A DNA stretch of 57,955 nucleotides, counting the filler, from Dugesia japonica (lineage: Eukaryota): NCBI GenBank assembly GCA_001938525.1. It is 6 parts of 6 records of this genome, joined end to end, with 100 filler letters (N's around TTAATTAATTAA, not from the genome) between each part and the next. Parts side by side here need not be neighbours in the genome. Positions count along the whole stretch, not along the records: positions 39,435 to 48,785 come from MQRL01617765.1; positions 48,886 to 57,955 come from MQRL01555670.1; 4 more parts are not named here. One strand, given 5' to 3'. Made by a program: the position numbers and the translations under genes. The first letter of the stretch is position 1, and each line of letters starts with the position of its first letter. The notes under the pieces are model-generated. The model was given only the letters and a program-made list of their open reading frames with translations, was not told the DNA's origin and did not search any database. Below are positions 47,189 to 57,955 of this stretch, one piece after another.

Positions 47189-47736
47189 TTTTGTTTTAGA
47201 AATTATTGGTGCTACCGTCATGGTATTAATAGGAAATGAATTCTTATCTAAAGAAGTTTTATTATTAAAATTATTAGTTTTCATAGCACCTCCGACGCAG
47301 TTTCTTATTCCAGTTTCCGCGCGTTGAATGCCAACCCGAAACTTATCATCAGGCCTTAAAGCATGACCTTGATGATAATATAATAATGCAGTCTCGAATT
47401 CGCCTTTAAAATAATGTACTTCCGCTTTTTGATAAATAGCCTTAAATAATAAAATAAAAAATATTCTGACTAAATACTTTTGGATTTTGTGGTTCTGTTT
47501 CATAAGCCAAATTTGCATCGATTTCTGCTTTATCAATATTACCGTCATTTAAATAACAGAAGGATCTACTGACTAAACAATCAACATTTAATGGCTTATA
47601 TTGCAATGCCTTAACGAAAATAACAAAAGGTTTTCAATAAAAAAGTAACCTCAGTAAAATATTTTAGAGCTCTGACACCTTTTCCATTTTTAAGTAACTT
47701 TAGAGCTCCATTTTTACTATAGTCAAAAGCATTCAT
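47189..47736 (-). CDS. TTC25: TPR protein TTC25/ODAD4 (outer dynein arm docking) homolog, three exons
   Basis: Exons 47736-47650, 47609-47478, 47440-47189 with GT-AG introns of 40 and 37 nt; KAIYQKAEVHYFKGEFETALLYYHQGHALRPDDKFRVGIQRAETGIRNCVG matches the TTC25 TPR region. Confidence 0.8.
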
Positions 47737-48785
47737 AATTGATGATTCATTAAAGTATATATTAATATAAATTGATCATTTAAATATTACACACATGCTG
47801 TAATTTCTGCAAAAAATCCTAATAAATAATTTATTTTAACTAAGATACCAATAAAATAACACTTATGAAATCCATTCGAACTTAACTATTTTTGAATTAT
47901 TTTTCGTGTTATCATTTTAACTTATACTTTTCGCTGCTGGTTTTTACTTGAATAAAGCAAATTTTGATTTAGTATTTTGTGTATTGTTAAAAACTTTGAT
48001 ATCATAATGCTGTTAATAATTGTATTTTGAAAGTACCATGGACATAACAAAATATTTTTAAATATATCTTTAAAATTAATTAAAATAATGAAATTTTAAC
48101 CTTAAGTAAGAAAAATATAAATAAACAATAATGAAAGCAAAGGTATCAGTCAAATGTGTCGCCTTCTTCGAAATATAAAACAATTTCATAATAAATATTC
48201 AGAAATTGAATAATTCAATAGACAAATTCTATTTAATTATAAAAACATTACCATTATCAGAAGTAAATGAATATTTTTAAGTTTTGAATTTCAGAAATTA
48301 ATAAGAAATTATTAATATTTAAAAACCATAGTTTATTCAAATATTCAGAAATTTGAGATTCGAAATAATTATTAAACAAACGTAACTAACAATTTGGCTA
48401 TTTTCTGGAAGATGTTATTTTTAGATCAATTACAAGAGTTTCGAATGTTGTTTTTTTATTTCAGCAATGTAGCCATTCAATAAAAATTCGTGTAGAAATT
48501 ATTGGAGATTTACAGAATTCTTCTTAAATTATTTTTAGAACAAATATTATTAATTTTTGTCTGAGTTATCTGTGAACGAGTATGTATGCTCTGCCGCTAA
48601 TATTGGCGCAACAGTGGTATACAGGTTACAGACCTTATGTTGCTTGATATTTGCTGAAGACAAGACGATAATGAAAGTTTTATAATGAAATAAAAAATAT
48701 ATTTTGACGTTAAGGGAATAAAAAACACAAAAGAGCTGGATCGTTTGGTAAAATGCTGAATAGGAGAATTGGTATTGAAATAAGT

Positions 48786-48885
48786 NNNNNNNNNNNNNNN
48801 NNNNNNNNNNNNNNNNNNNNNNNNNNNNNTTAATTAATTAANNNNNNNNNNNNNNNNNNNNNNNNNNNNNNNNNNNNNNNNNNNN
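48786..48885. other. Artificial scaffold linker
   Basis: TTAATTAATTAA at 48830-48841 between N44 runs. Confidence 0.97.
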
Positions 48886-49052
48886 TTAAAAACTACTCAA
48901 ACTTTTGTTTCAACCCAATATCAAAATTAGGCAATCTATAACTTTTTTCCGGTTGGTAAAAACAAAGTTTATTTAATTTTAAAACAAACACATTGATTTT
49001 TTACTGAAATACTTTTTGCTTTTCAAATTAATTTTCAATGAATTATTTTTAG

Positions 49053-49290
49053 ATTTACAAAATTGAAAGAAACAGGTTTCATTAAAAAATTACTCAGAAA
49101 ATGGTGGCCTTCAAATAAAATCTGTTCAGAGGATAATACAGAAACATCAACTTTAACAATCAGTGAAACGGGCGGTGTATTTATTATTCTCATGGCCTTT
49201 TTTATTTTAGGATTTATTTTACTTTTGTTTGAAAAACTCATTTATTTTAAATCAATGAGAATTAACACTTTGAATGAGCATAATTCCTAA
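49053..49290 (+). CDS. Ionotropic glutamate receptor family, last exon (S2 end plus M4)
   Basis: Acceptor TTTTTAG then KLKETGFIKKLLRKWW...C...LTISETGGVFIILMAFFILGFILLLFE. Confidence 0.82.
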
Positions 49291-49558
49291 CTGAATTTAT
49301 TACAAACTAATTACAAAAATATGCACAACATAATTCAATTTAATATTAGATTACAATTTTTTAGGATTTCATTTTAGCACTTGAAATGGATACTAGTCAT
49401 TTGATTAAAATAAATTGAATCGAAAATTTTGCTTCATTGCTCATTGAATTTTAGGAATGAATTATATTACAAATATTCCATAAGTTACTTTTTTTTAATT
49501 AAAAATTAATGTTCATAATTATTTATTTCTTTAAATTGTATAAGTGTTACAGTTTTAC

Positions 49559-49624
<66 letters not shown>

Positions 49625-49674
49625 NNNNNNNNNNNNNNNNNNNNNNNNNNNNNNNNNNNNNNNNNNNNNNNNNN

Positions 49675-49737
<63 letters not shown>
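49559..49737 (+). repeat. (TAA)n microsatellite with internal gap
   Basis: Direct observation. Confidence 0.97.
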
Positions 49738-49741
<4 letters not shown>

Positions 49742-50729
49742 TAACAAATATAATAATAACATACAAAAAAATAATTAAAATATAATAAAAATATTAAAAA
49801 AAATAATAATAAGATTATTAAAAAACAAAAATAATAAATTGCTTGCGAAGAGTAGACTCTAAAAATTCAACCATGATACACTCTCATGAAATCAACAGAT
49901 CATTAATGTTGTTGACTTTAGCAAACAAACGTATCTACCTCCAACGAATCTGCATGAAAGTTGACCGCGACAAACATCAATCTCGGAACAGTAGATGTAA
50001 ACAAAAAATTACTGCTCAATTTACCTCATACAAATAAAAGACAAAGAAAAATAATAATTTAATAATGAATTAATAATTTTTTGAATATCACACATATAAG
50101 ACAAATTTTAATATTATAATGCACAGTTTGATTTAAATANGATTTTAAAATCTATCAAATGTAAATGAATTAGTGTCATGACAAATTTTCGAACAAATTC
50201 AGAAAATGATCAAAGTAAAATAATGGTGTCATTAAAGTGAAATTAAAAGAGAAATTCAAATGGGACAAATTGTAATTAAACTAAAAATCGTTTTAAAATG
50301 ACGAGAAGTCATTCACTTAAAGAATTTATTGGTTTAAAGTGTCTAAATAGAATTTGAGCAACCAAACGTAAATGAAATAATATATCAATATAGTTTAACG
50401 GAGATGATAGACATTTTAATAATAGTTAGTAATTATTATTAAGTGTTTGAGGTTCTATCCTGAGCCTGATTCTATGAATGAAAAATAGGAAGTTGGTTTG
50501 CGACCAATCTGATAGCGATAGATGATTTTCTATTTGACATCTGAAGTTCAAATGTTTTATATTTGATTATTATTATAAAGTGATAAACAGCATTTGTATT
50601 TTTGTCGTTAGTGATATTTTTATTTTCAACGAGTAATTTGGTATTAGACTTAGCAAAAGCGAGAGAATATTATTTAATATATGTACAATCATTGAAATGA
50701 GTGATAAAAATAATATTAAATTGAAAATA

Positions 50730-50962
50730 TTATTGCGAGAATAATTGTTAGACATAACCATTGATCGTTTTTCAGAATTCATTTAAAATAAAAGCTTCAA
50801 TCAAAAAAATATATTTTTAGGTATTTGATAACAATTCGATATTTTGACTTTTAACAAAATTACAAAATTAAAATTAAAAGAAGACGAAGTCGAAAAATCG
50901 AATTGTTTTTAAATATCTATAAAAAAATTTTTGATTGAAGCTTTTATTTAAAATATTGAATC
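50730..50962. mobile_element. Palindromic Penelope-type insertion with partial hammerhead
   Basis: Family head TTATTGCGAGAATAATTGTT; inverted arms at about 50777-50850 and 50885-50962; AGAAGACGAAGTCGAAA half-core at ~50879-50895. Confidence 0.65.
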
Positions 50963-51309
50963 CATCATGATAGTGCAATAATTTGTATTTATTATTGTTT
51001 GAGAATTATTGCATTTCATAGTTTTGATTTAGAAGCTTAGGTTTCGATTTGACAACAATGACCTCATTGAATTGTAATTGTAAACTCAAATAAAAACATT
51101 CACCAGTAATCAAAGGAAGTTTGAAACCTAGATCGGATTTTCACTCATATCCACTGAACCCAAAAGAAAGGAAAGGTTACAGATCCCTGGTAAGGATGAG
51201 GGTCAGGGAAATCTCTTAGGAGCACCAGACATTAAAATGAAATTGATTTATTCGTACAAAATAAAATTGTCACTTACATGTAAAAATTTTAAAAAAACGC
51301 ATAAATTAT

Positions 51310-51730
51310 AATCCATCACACAAAACTTTCATTCCATCACACTAAAATTACATTTCATCACACAAACTTTTAATTATCACTCAACTTACAAAAATGAGTA
51401 GTCAAATCATAGAATTATAATTCTTCACACTATAATTAAACTTTATCATACTAAAATTACATCTCATCACACAAAATTTTAGTCTATTACACTACAAATA
51501 GATGTCACCACAAAAAATTGTAACTAATTACACTAAAATTTTAATCCATCACATAAATATTTTATTCCTACACAAGAAAATTATCACTTACATGTAGAAA
51601 TTTTAATCCAACACAGAAAAATTACATTTATCTCATAAAAAAGACTCAATGGAAGGACACATAAAATTAAAAGTCAACATGTAAAGTTTTAAGCCGTCAC
51701 ATTAAATTACAAAAACGTTTCATAAATTAC
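51310..51730 (+). repeat. Degenerate ~21-bp minisatellite (ATCACACxAAAATT)
   Basis: Recurrent catcacac/aaaatt units. Confidence 0.7.
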
Positions 51731-52002
51731 ATTGAAGTCATTAAAATTATCATTTTAAAATTTATTATTTAAAATAATTAGACATTAAAATTAAAATATG
51801 ACTAACAATTAATTATTTATTAAATTATATTTTGTTTTACCATATAAAAATAAATATAGTTGCATTTGAAAAAGTATGTGCATCGATTGCATATACTATT
51901 TCCTTATTTTAATGATATTGAAATCTCTAAGTACAATTTTTTATTTAATTTCATGTTATAATTTTATTTGACATTGATTATATAAATGATAATTGATTCT
52001 AG

Positions 52003-52037
52003 AATTCTATATTTCGACTTTGACTTCTTCAGGAATT
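52003..52037 (-). ncRNA. Minimal type I hammerhead ribozyme in the Penelope 3' region
   Basis: AATTC-CTGAAGA-AGTCAAAGTC-GAAA-TATA-GAATT; perfect stem I, palindromic helix III (ATAT), same strand as and just downstream of the GIY-YIG ORF. Confidence 0.75.
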
Positions 52038-52169
52038 GACTTTTTGATTTATTCAATATTTATGTTTGCAATAGTAATTTTATTTGAATTAATTTATCTT
52101 TACTAAATTTTAATTGGTTAGATTTAATTTTTTTTTAATTTAATTATTTTATTATTATACGTTACATTG

Positions 52170-53215
52170 ATTTTAGGATTGTCTTTTTTAATTAGTATTT
52201 CTTCATGTTTTTTACTATAAAGTGTAGAAATTTAGTCTGTTCCTATTGTTTTCTATTTTAAGCGATGTTGTCCGGGTGAAATTTTATGTTGGTGTTTAAA
52301 GTGTTTGAAGACTTCACTTTCTTTTTGTTTCAGATGTTCCTTAATTCTTGTAAGGATGTTCTGCATGTTTCTCCTATATATGTTTCTTGACAAATGGTGC
52401 ATGTTATTTTATAAGTGGCATTTTCTTATTGCATATATTTCTACCATCACAAATGCATTTGGGACTACAAAAGTTTTGTCTTGGTTTCTGTAATTGGATG
52501 CCCAAAGGTGCTTGTGTTTTAAATTTATTTCTTGGATTGTTAGTTCAGTTTAGAATTTTGTATTATATTTTGCATGATTTGGCTACATTTCTCATTAATA
52601 AAAGGTAATTTAATTACTGTGTTTGTCTTTGGTTCGATTTTATTATGGTTTCTATCCAAAGATAAATATTTTGAAATAATTTTATTTCGGTAGCCGTTAT
52701 TTAAAAATTTATTTTTTATCAACTTGAGAGAAATCAATTTCATTTCTTCATTTGAAGGTAGTCTCGAGAATTCTTTCATCTTTAATTATACCAATTTTAT
52801 TATACCAATTTATAACTACTCGAAGGTAATATATTTCCAATGTGAAATGGTTTTTTATATAATTGGGTAGTTAATAATTCTTTCGAATTAAAATGTCCAG
52901 ATAAGGAATCTGAAAGTCAAATGATTTCTTTAAAGTGAATTTAATGTTATCATTTAGACTGTTGGCTAATTCTAAAATGTTCTCTAAAGGAGAGTTAGTT
53001 ACAAAGAAAATACCATGTATATATTTAAACCATAGATGAATTTTCTTATTTGATATAAGAATTCTTTGATTTTCAATGAAGTTCGTGATAATTAATTTCA
53101 CTATATAGTTTCTTCTGAAGAAACATCATCCACTGAAAACATTTTCGTTTAGAAAATTCTTCGGATTGGTGACAATTAAAGGTGTTCTCAAGTTTGTTTT
53201 ATATTCTTAAACCAA
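52170..53215 (-). pseudogene. Penelope-like retroelement RT C-terminus plus GIY-YIG endonuclease relic
   Basis: WFKYIHGIF (degenerate RYVDD), ANSLNDNIKFTL..QIPYLDILIRK, KFLNNGY, IKLPFI, TYIGETC...TRIKEHLKQKESEVFKHF. Confidence 0.85.
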
Positions 53216-53400
53216 AAGGTATTAATTCCCTAGAATCTATATATATATATATANNNNNNNNNNNNNNNNNNNNNNNNNNNNNNNNNNNNNNNNNNNNNNN
53301 NNNNNNNNNNNNNNNNNNNNNNNNNNNNNNNNNNNNNNNNNNNNNNNNNNNNNCTAGTATTTTATTCATGATAATCAAACTATTTCATTCAAATTAAATC

Positions 53401-55222
53401 GGTACCAGGACAATATCCCACTGGACAATTTTCCACTGGACAATTTCCCCCTGGATAATATCCCCCCGGACAATTTCACCCGGAAAAAATAATTATTTAT
53501 GAGATTAAAAATGAGATTAATTTTCCCCTGGACAATATCCCCTTAGTATAATTTCCCCCAGGACCATTTCCCCGGAAAAAATAATTATTTATGAGATTAA
53601 AATCGAAAAACATTTTTAAAGCAAATTTTAATAAGCTAAATGAGTTTTGGACAATTTCAACCAGACGAAATAACTAAAATTTTGTATCGATTAGAATTGA
53701 CTTCAGACTCTCATACACTCCAAATAGGAAAATTCAGGGAATTCCAATTAGAGTTATATAGAGGCCACTGCAACGAAATTAGGGCAATTGATGTGACATC
53801 CGTCTTGCACCATATATGTCAGGGATGCACAACCTTTTTTTATCGAGGGCCTAATTTTCGCTATAAATTTTTATGAGGGCCAAAATTTTTATAATACGCA
53901 GTTCATAAATATAAACTTTTATAAATATAATTGTCCTAGAACCAAATCGGTATCAGGACAATATCCCACTGGACAATTTCTCCCCGGATAATTTCCACCC
54001 GGACAATTTCCCCCGGAAAAAATAATTATTTATGAGATTAAAAATGAGATTTATTTTCCCCTCGATAATATCCCCTTAGTACAATTTCCCCCGTATCATT
54101 TCGCCTGAAAAAATAATTATTTATGAGATTAAAACGGAAAAAAGTTTTTTTAAGTAAATTTTAATAAGCTAAATGAGTCTTGGACAATTTACACCGGACG
54201 AAATAATTAAAATTTTGAGGAAAACGAAATTTTTTTTCTTTTCAATTCCAAGTTATAATTATTTCAAATAATTATGATATTAAAACCGAAAAAAAATTAA
54301 ATATTATTAATTAAATACAAAAACGATATCAAGAAGATGGCGACTTTTCACTGAAAATAAAGATGATTGTAGCCCTAGCGTTCGTTCCTCCACCAGATGT
54401 GGTGGCTGTATTTGAAGAGTTGTCTGTTGAACTTCCGGCTGAAGCACAACCTGTCGTTGATTATTTTGAAGACAACTACATTGCAGACTACAGCGACGAG
54501 GACGTCGTCCCCTATCTTTGAAAGTGATCTTTGGAACATATACCAACGATCACAAGATGAACTTCCGAGAACAAACAACTCTGTTGAAGGATGACACAGA
54601 AGTTTCCAGTCAAATATTGGTTGTATACATCCTTATTTTTGGAGTTTCCTCGACTGCATCAAACGTGAACAAGCCCTGCAGCAAGTACACTTAATACAAG
54701 CTCTTTCTGGCCACGCACCTAAGCCTGGAAGAAAGACTTATTCACATCTTAAGGCTCAAATCCTCACTATTGTACAAGACGTTGGAACTCGTAACAAATT
54801 GGATTATTTACGTGGGATTGCCCATAATTTAGGGTTTTAAATAGATTTTTCATGCTTTCTTTTCTTTTATAAAAAATATAATAATTTAATACTAATAAAA
54901 ACCAACTAGTTTTTCAGTAAATTTTTATTTTAATTTTTCAATTTTTAGAAAGTTCTAATTTATTATATAATATTTAAAATATTTTACTTTACTAATTAAT
55001 TCTTTCGGTTTTAGTATCATGAATAATTATTTGATATATTTTTTTAAATTTCATTAAAATAAGATAAGGCTTCGATCAAAACAAAACAAAATTTATTTGT
55101 AAAAAATGTTCAAATTTTCGACAATCAGAAACAAAAACTACCCCAATAGTTAAATTGTCCGGGGGGAATTTGTCCTGAGGGGAAATTGTCCAAGGGGATA
55201 TTTTCCAGAGGGATATTGTCCG
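53401..55222 (+). mobile_element. MULE/Mutator-like composite: two head-to-tail units (53401-53943, 53949-55222)
   Basis: Termini GGTACCAGGACAA / TTCCTAGAACC, 15-bp subterminal repeats GGACAATTTCCCCC, perfect 8-bp TSD ATTAAATC at 53393-53400 and 55223-55230. Confidence 0.88.
54320..54839 (+). pseudogene. MULE transposase C-terminal half
   Basis: ALAFVPPPDVVAVFEEL...VDYFEDNYI...LWNIYQR..DELPRTNNSVEG*HRSF...HPYFWSFLDCIKREQ...LDYLRGIAHNL. Confidence 0.88.
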
Positions 55223-56161
55223 GGGGAAATTTTCCTAGAACCATTAAATCTATTCTAGTTCATTAGTTCAAATTTAATAAACATTAAATATAACTGAAAA
55301 ACATTTTTCAAAAAGTATATAGATGTATTGGGAAATGTATAGAAATTTACTAGAAATATGAGAAAATGTAAAATAATTTCATAGAAGTATTTAAGACATT
55401 ATTTAAATTTACTAGAACTCAAAGAATTGTATCAGAAATTTAGGAGAAATCGTGGAAATGTATAAAAAATTTACTAAAAGTCATTAAAACTTTGGGTAAA
55501 TAATTCTAAAGTTTCAGAGAAGAATAAAAAGCTATAGATATTACATAGAAGTATAGGAAAATTAACCAAAGATTACTAGAAATACAGAAAATTTAAAGAA
55601 ATTACATCTTTATAGTTTTGGTGATTTTAATTATTTTCATTGTTAGCATCAAACTAAGTAATCATCCTCATTTTTGTCTATCCAAATTTATTAGTAACTT
55701 TTCAATTGAATAGTTTACCCCTAAGAAATTTAATCAAGTTAACATTTCCGTCTCATCAACGATAAATTAATTACTAATCTGATTATCAAATTTTCAGATA
55801 ATAAACTCTCATAGTGAAGTAGTATATACTACAATTCGGCATTGAATCTCGATACCCTTTTATCTGAAATACCATAACACATTTTTGATATTATGATTAG
55901 TAAATAAAATAAAATAATTATTTACACTAGTTTATTTATTACTAACGATCACTAACTAAATTATCTTCACTTCATTTATGAGCAGTGCATATTTCAGTAT
56001 TTATTATTACGGAAATTTAATGATATGACAATTGACAGGTATATTTTATTATTATGACTAAGTTATTCTAACCACAGAATACAATAATACATTCTGATAT
56101 AAAGTCTTATGCAAGTTTTGTTTACACTGATGGGCGATATGATCGGTTTAATACATTAGAT

Positions 56162-57341
56162 CAATAAATATGAAATGTTGGGTTTCATGAAGTCAAATGT
56201 TTGACGGTGGATATTTTTAATATTTGACNTTGACAATTATTTGTCTTTGTTTGAATGTGTAGATACCACGTTAATCTTTTAAGCATACGTTTTATTTTCC
56301 TATTAAAGAATAAATTGTCTTTTTTAGATCAAATTTGTCAAATGGATATGTCAAAAATTCGTATTATTTTCGAATATGAGTTCTATCTCGGAACCAATGA
56401 AAGGCAAATAGTTCAATATATAACGGACTGTTGGACAACAATTGTCTCAGAACTTAAGTTTTGAAGACTTCAGTTTTGAAAATAACTTATGCGGGCGATA
56501 AACATTAATAATGATGATCTTAAAGCTTTAGTGAAAGAGAGTTCTTTTCAAAATACGCTTGAATTAGCAGCAATGTTTAACGTTTTCATTTCAACAATAA
56601 TTGATAATTTAGAAAATATTGACAAGGGAAAAGGTTCTGCATGAATTAACAACTAGCCTCAAACCTTGTTTTTTAATGTCACTAAATAAAGGTGAACCAT
56701 ATATTCAACGTATAGAAACATCTGGTAAAAATAGATTGGCTTCGATAATTGCAGGCCTTCATCTCAATGGTTGGATAAAAATGAAGCACCAAAACAGAGT
56801 CCAAAGTCGAATATTCGCGAAAAGAAGCTTATGGTATCTGTTTGGTGGTGCAGCGCCGGTATTTTCTATTATAGCTTTTTGAAACCTACTCACAGTGAAT
56901 GCTTACTGCAATTAATTAGAAGACATAATAAAATTGCTTGAAATTAAGCAGTTGATAATAGTCAATAGATACAGGCAAATTCTCTTNCAAGATAACGCTC
57001 GATTATATGTTTCCAAAGCAACGCTGCTCAAACAGCAGGGGTTGGAATTGGAAACTCATTACCACTCACTGTTTTCACCAAACTTTGCTTCAATGGATTA
57101 TCATTTATTTAGGTTATAGACAAAGTTTTGATGGTAAAAGTATTCAAATTTGAAGAGACTACGAAAAACGTCTTTCGTGATTTTATCACCACTCTATCAC
57201 TAGACATGTCGCTGTTGGAATAAACGAGTTGATATTAAGGTAGCAGAACTGTGCCTAGAGTTTTAGTGCATAAATGTATTACATTGTGTTTGTTATATAA
57301 TAATTCCAAGTTTTGAAAAATCTAACATTTCATACTTAATA
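56162..57341 (+). mobile_element. Decayed mariner (DD34D-type) transposon
   Basis: MDMSKIRIIFEYEF, KKLMVSVWW..GIFYYSFL, QDNARL, FSPNFASMDYHLFR; imperfect TIRs AATAAATATGAAATGTTGG vs ATTAAGTATGAAATGTTAG. Confidence 0.85.
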
Positions 57342-57489
57342 ATTTCAGTTATTTAATACATTTTGTAATATAATTCTACCTATCTAATGTGTTGTTTAAT
57401 ATAATTTTACAGAGCAGTTTTCATTTGAAGTTGTATGACGTCAGTTGGGTGAAGTGAGCGCACTAGATCAGGATGTGACGTAATCACAA

Positions 57490-57940
57490 GGTTTGAAATT
57501 TCACACCTGTATGTAAACAATGGATATTGATACCCGAGATGTGAAAATTCATACATTGGACGCCAATTCTCACACCTTTAAAATAAACAATGTTAGGTGT
57601 GAATTTTCACACTTTAGTTGACCTTAAAAAATTTAATTTTTTAAAATTTTTTATAGCTTAAATTTTACAGTTTAATGTAAACAATAAATTTTTATTGCAT
57701 TTGTTTAAAGCATCACGCTTGGGGAATTTATACATGAAATTATTAATATTATTATTTAACTGTTTTATTAAAGGTGTGAATTTTCACTCTAAAATGCAAT
57801 TAATATCTTTATTGACATGTCAAAATTTCAAGCATTATTTTTTATTATTATTTTAATAAGTTTGTATTTCACACTTTTGACGTGAACTTTTACACCTTAA
57901 TGCAAACAATGAAAATTGTTTAAGCGTGAGAATTTTTTTG
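57490..57940. repeat. Dispersed direct and inverted TTTCACACC / GGTGTGAA motif array (MITE-like)
   Basis: Repeated gtgaaattttcacac and taaacaatg units. Confidence 0.45.
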
Positions 57941-57955
57941 GCATTATCTTTGATA

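Noticed and set aside
49506-49778. Poly-Y/I/N/L ORFs
   Set aside because: Translations of the (TAA)n microsatellite.

Overview
AT-rich eukaryotic (invertebrate animal) DNA, not a contiguous locus. Six scaffolds of about 8.5-12 kb are concatenated by artificial 100-nt linkers (N44-TTAATTAATTAA-N44), so adjacency across linkers means nothing. Segment 1 (1-8470) is a nearly intact Polinton/Maverick (adintovirus-like) fragment, 'family A': protein-primed PolB with Zn fingers, TP, vOTU and HNH modules, a GG-cleaved core protein, a GasderminX-like protein, a low-complexity protein and the minor capsid/penton. Segments 3, 4 and 5 carry decayed copies of a second, distinct pPolB family ('family B'). 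Each family-B copy lies next to a recurrent AGTAG(G/A)TAGATAGT(G/A)GCGC terminus. In segment 4 a pair of these termini bounds a 4.3-kb nested-inverted-repeat element whose only recognisable cargo is a TATA-binding-protein-like gene; this is the best candidate for an undescribed system. The window also holds a family of palindromic non-coding insertions with minimal hammerhead ribozymes and 12-13-bp TSDs linked to a Penelope-like element, and two Gypsy relics, one with a canonical -1 frameshift heptamer plus pseudoknot. Tc1/IS630, mariner, Merlin, MULE and hAT relics and several satellites are present. Host gene fragments: a TRAF-like RING, TTC25/ODAD4 with 37-40-nt introns, and an iGluR last exon. 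All family assignments come from motif recognition by eye; no database searches were run.
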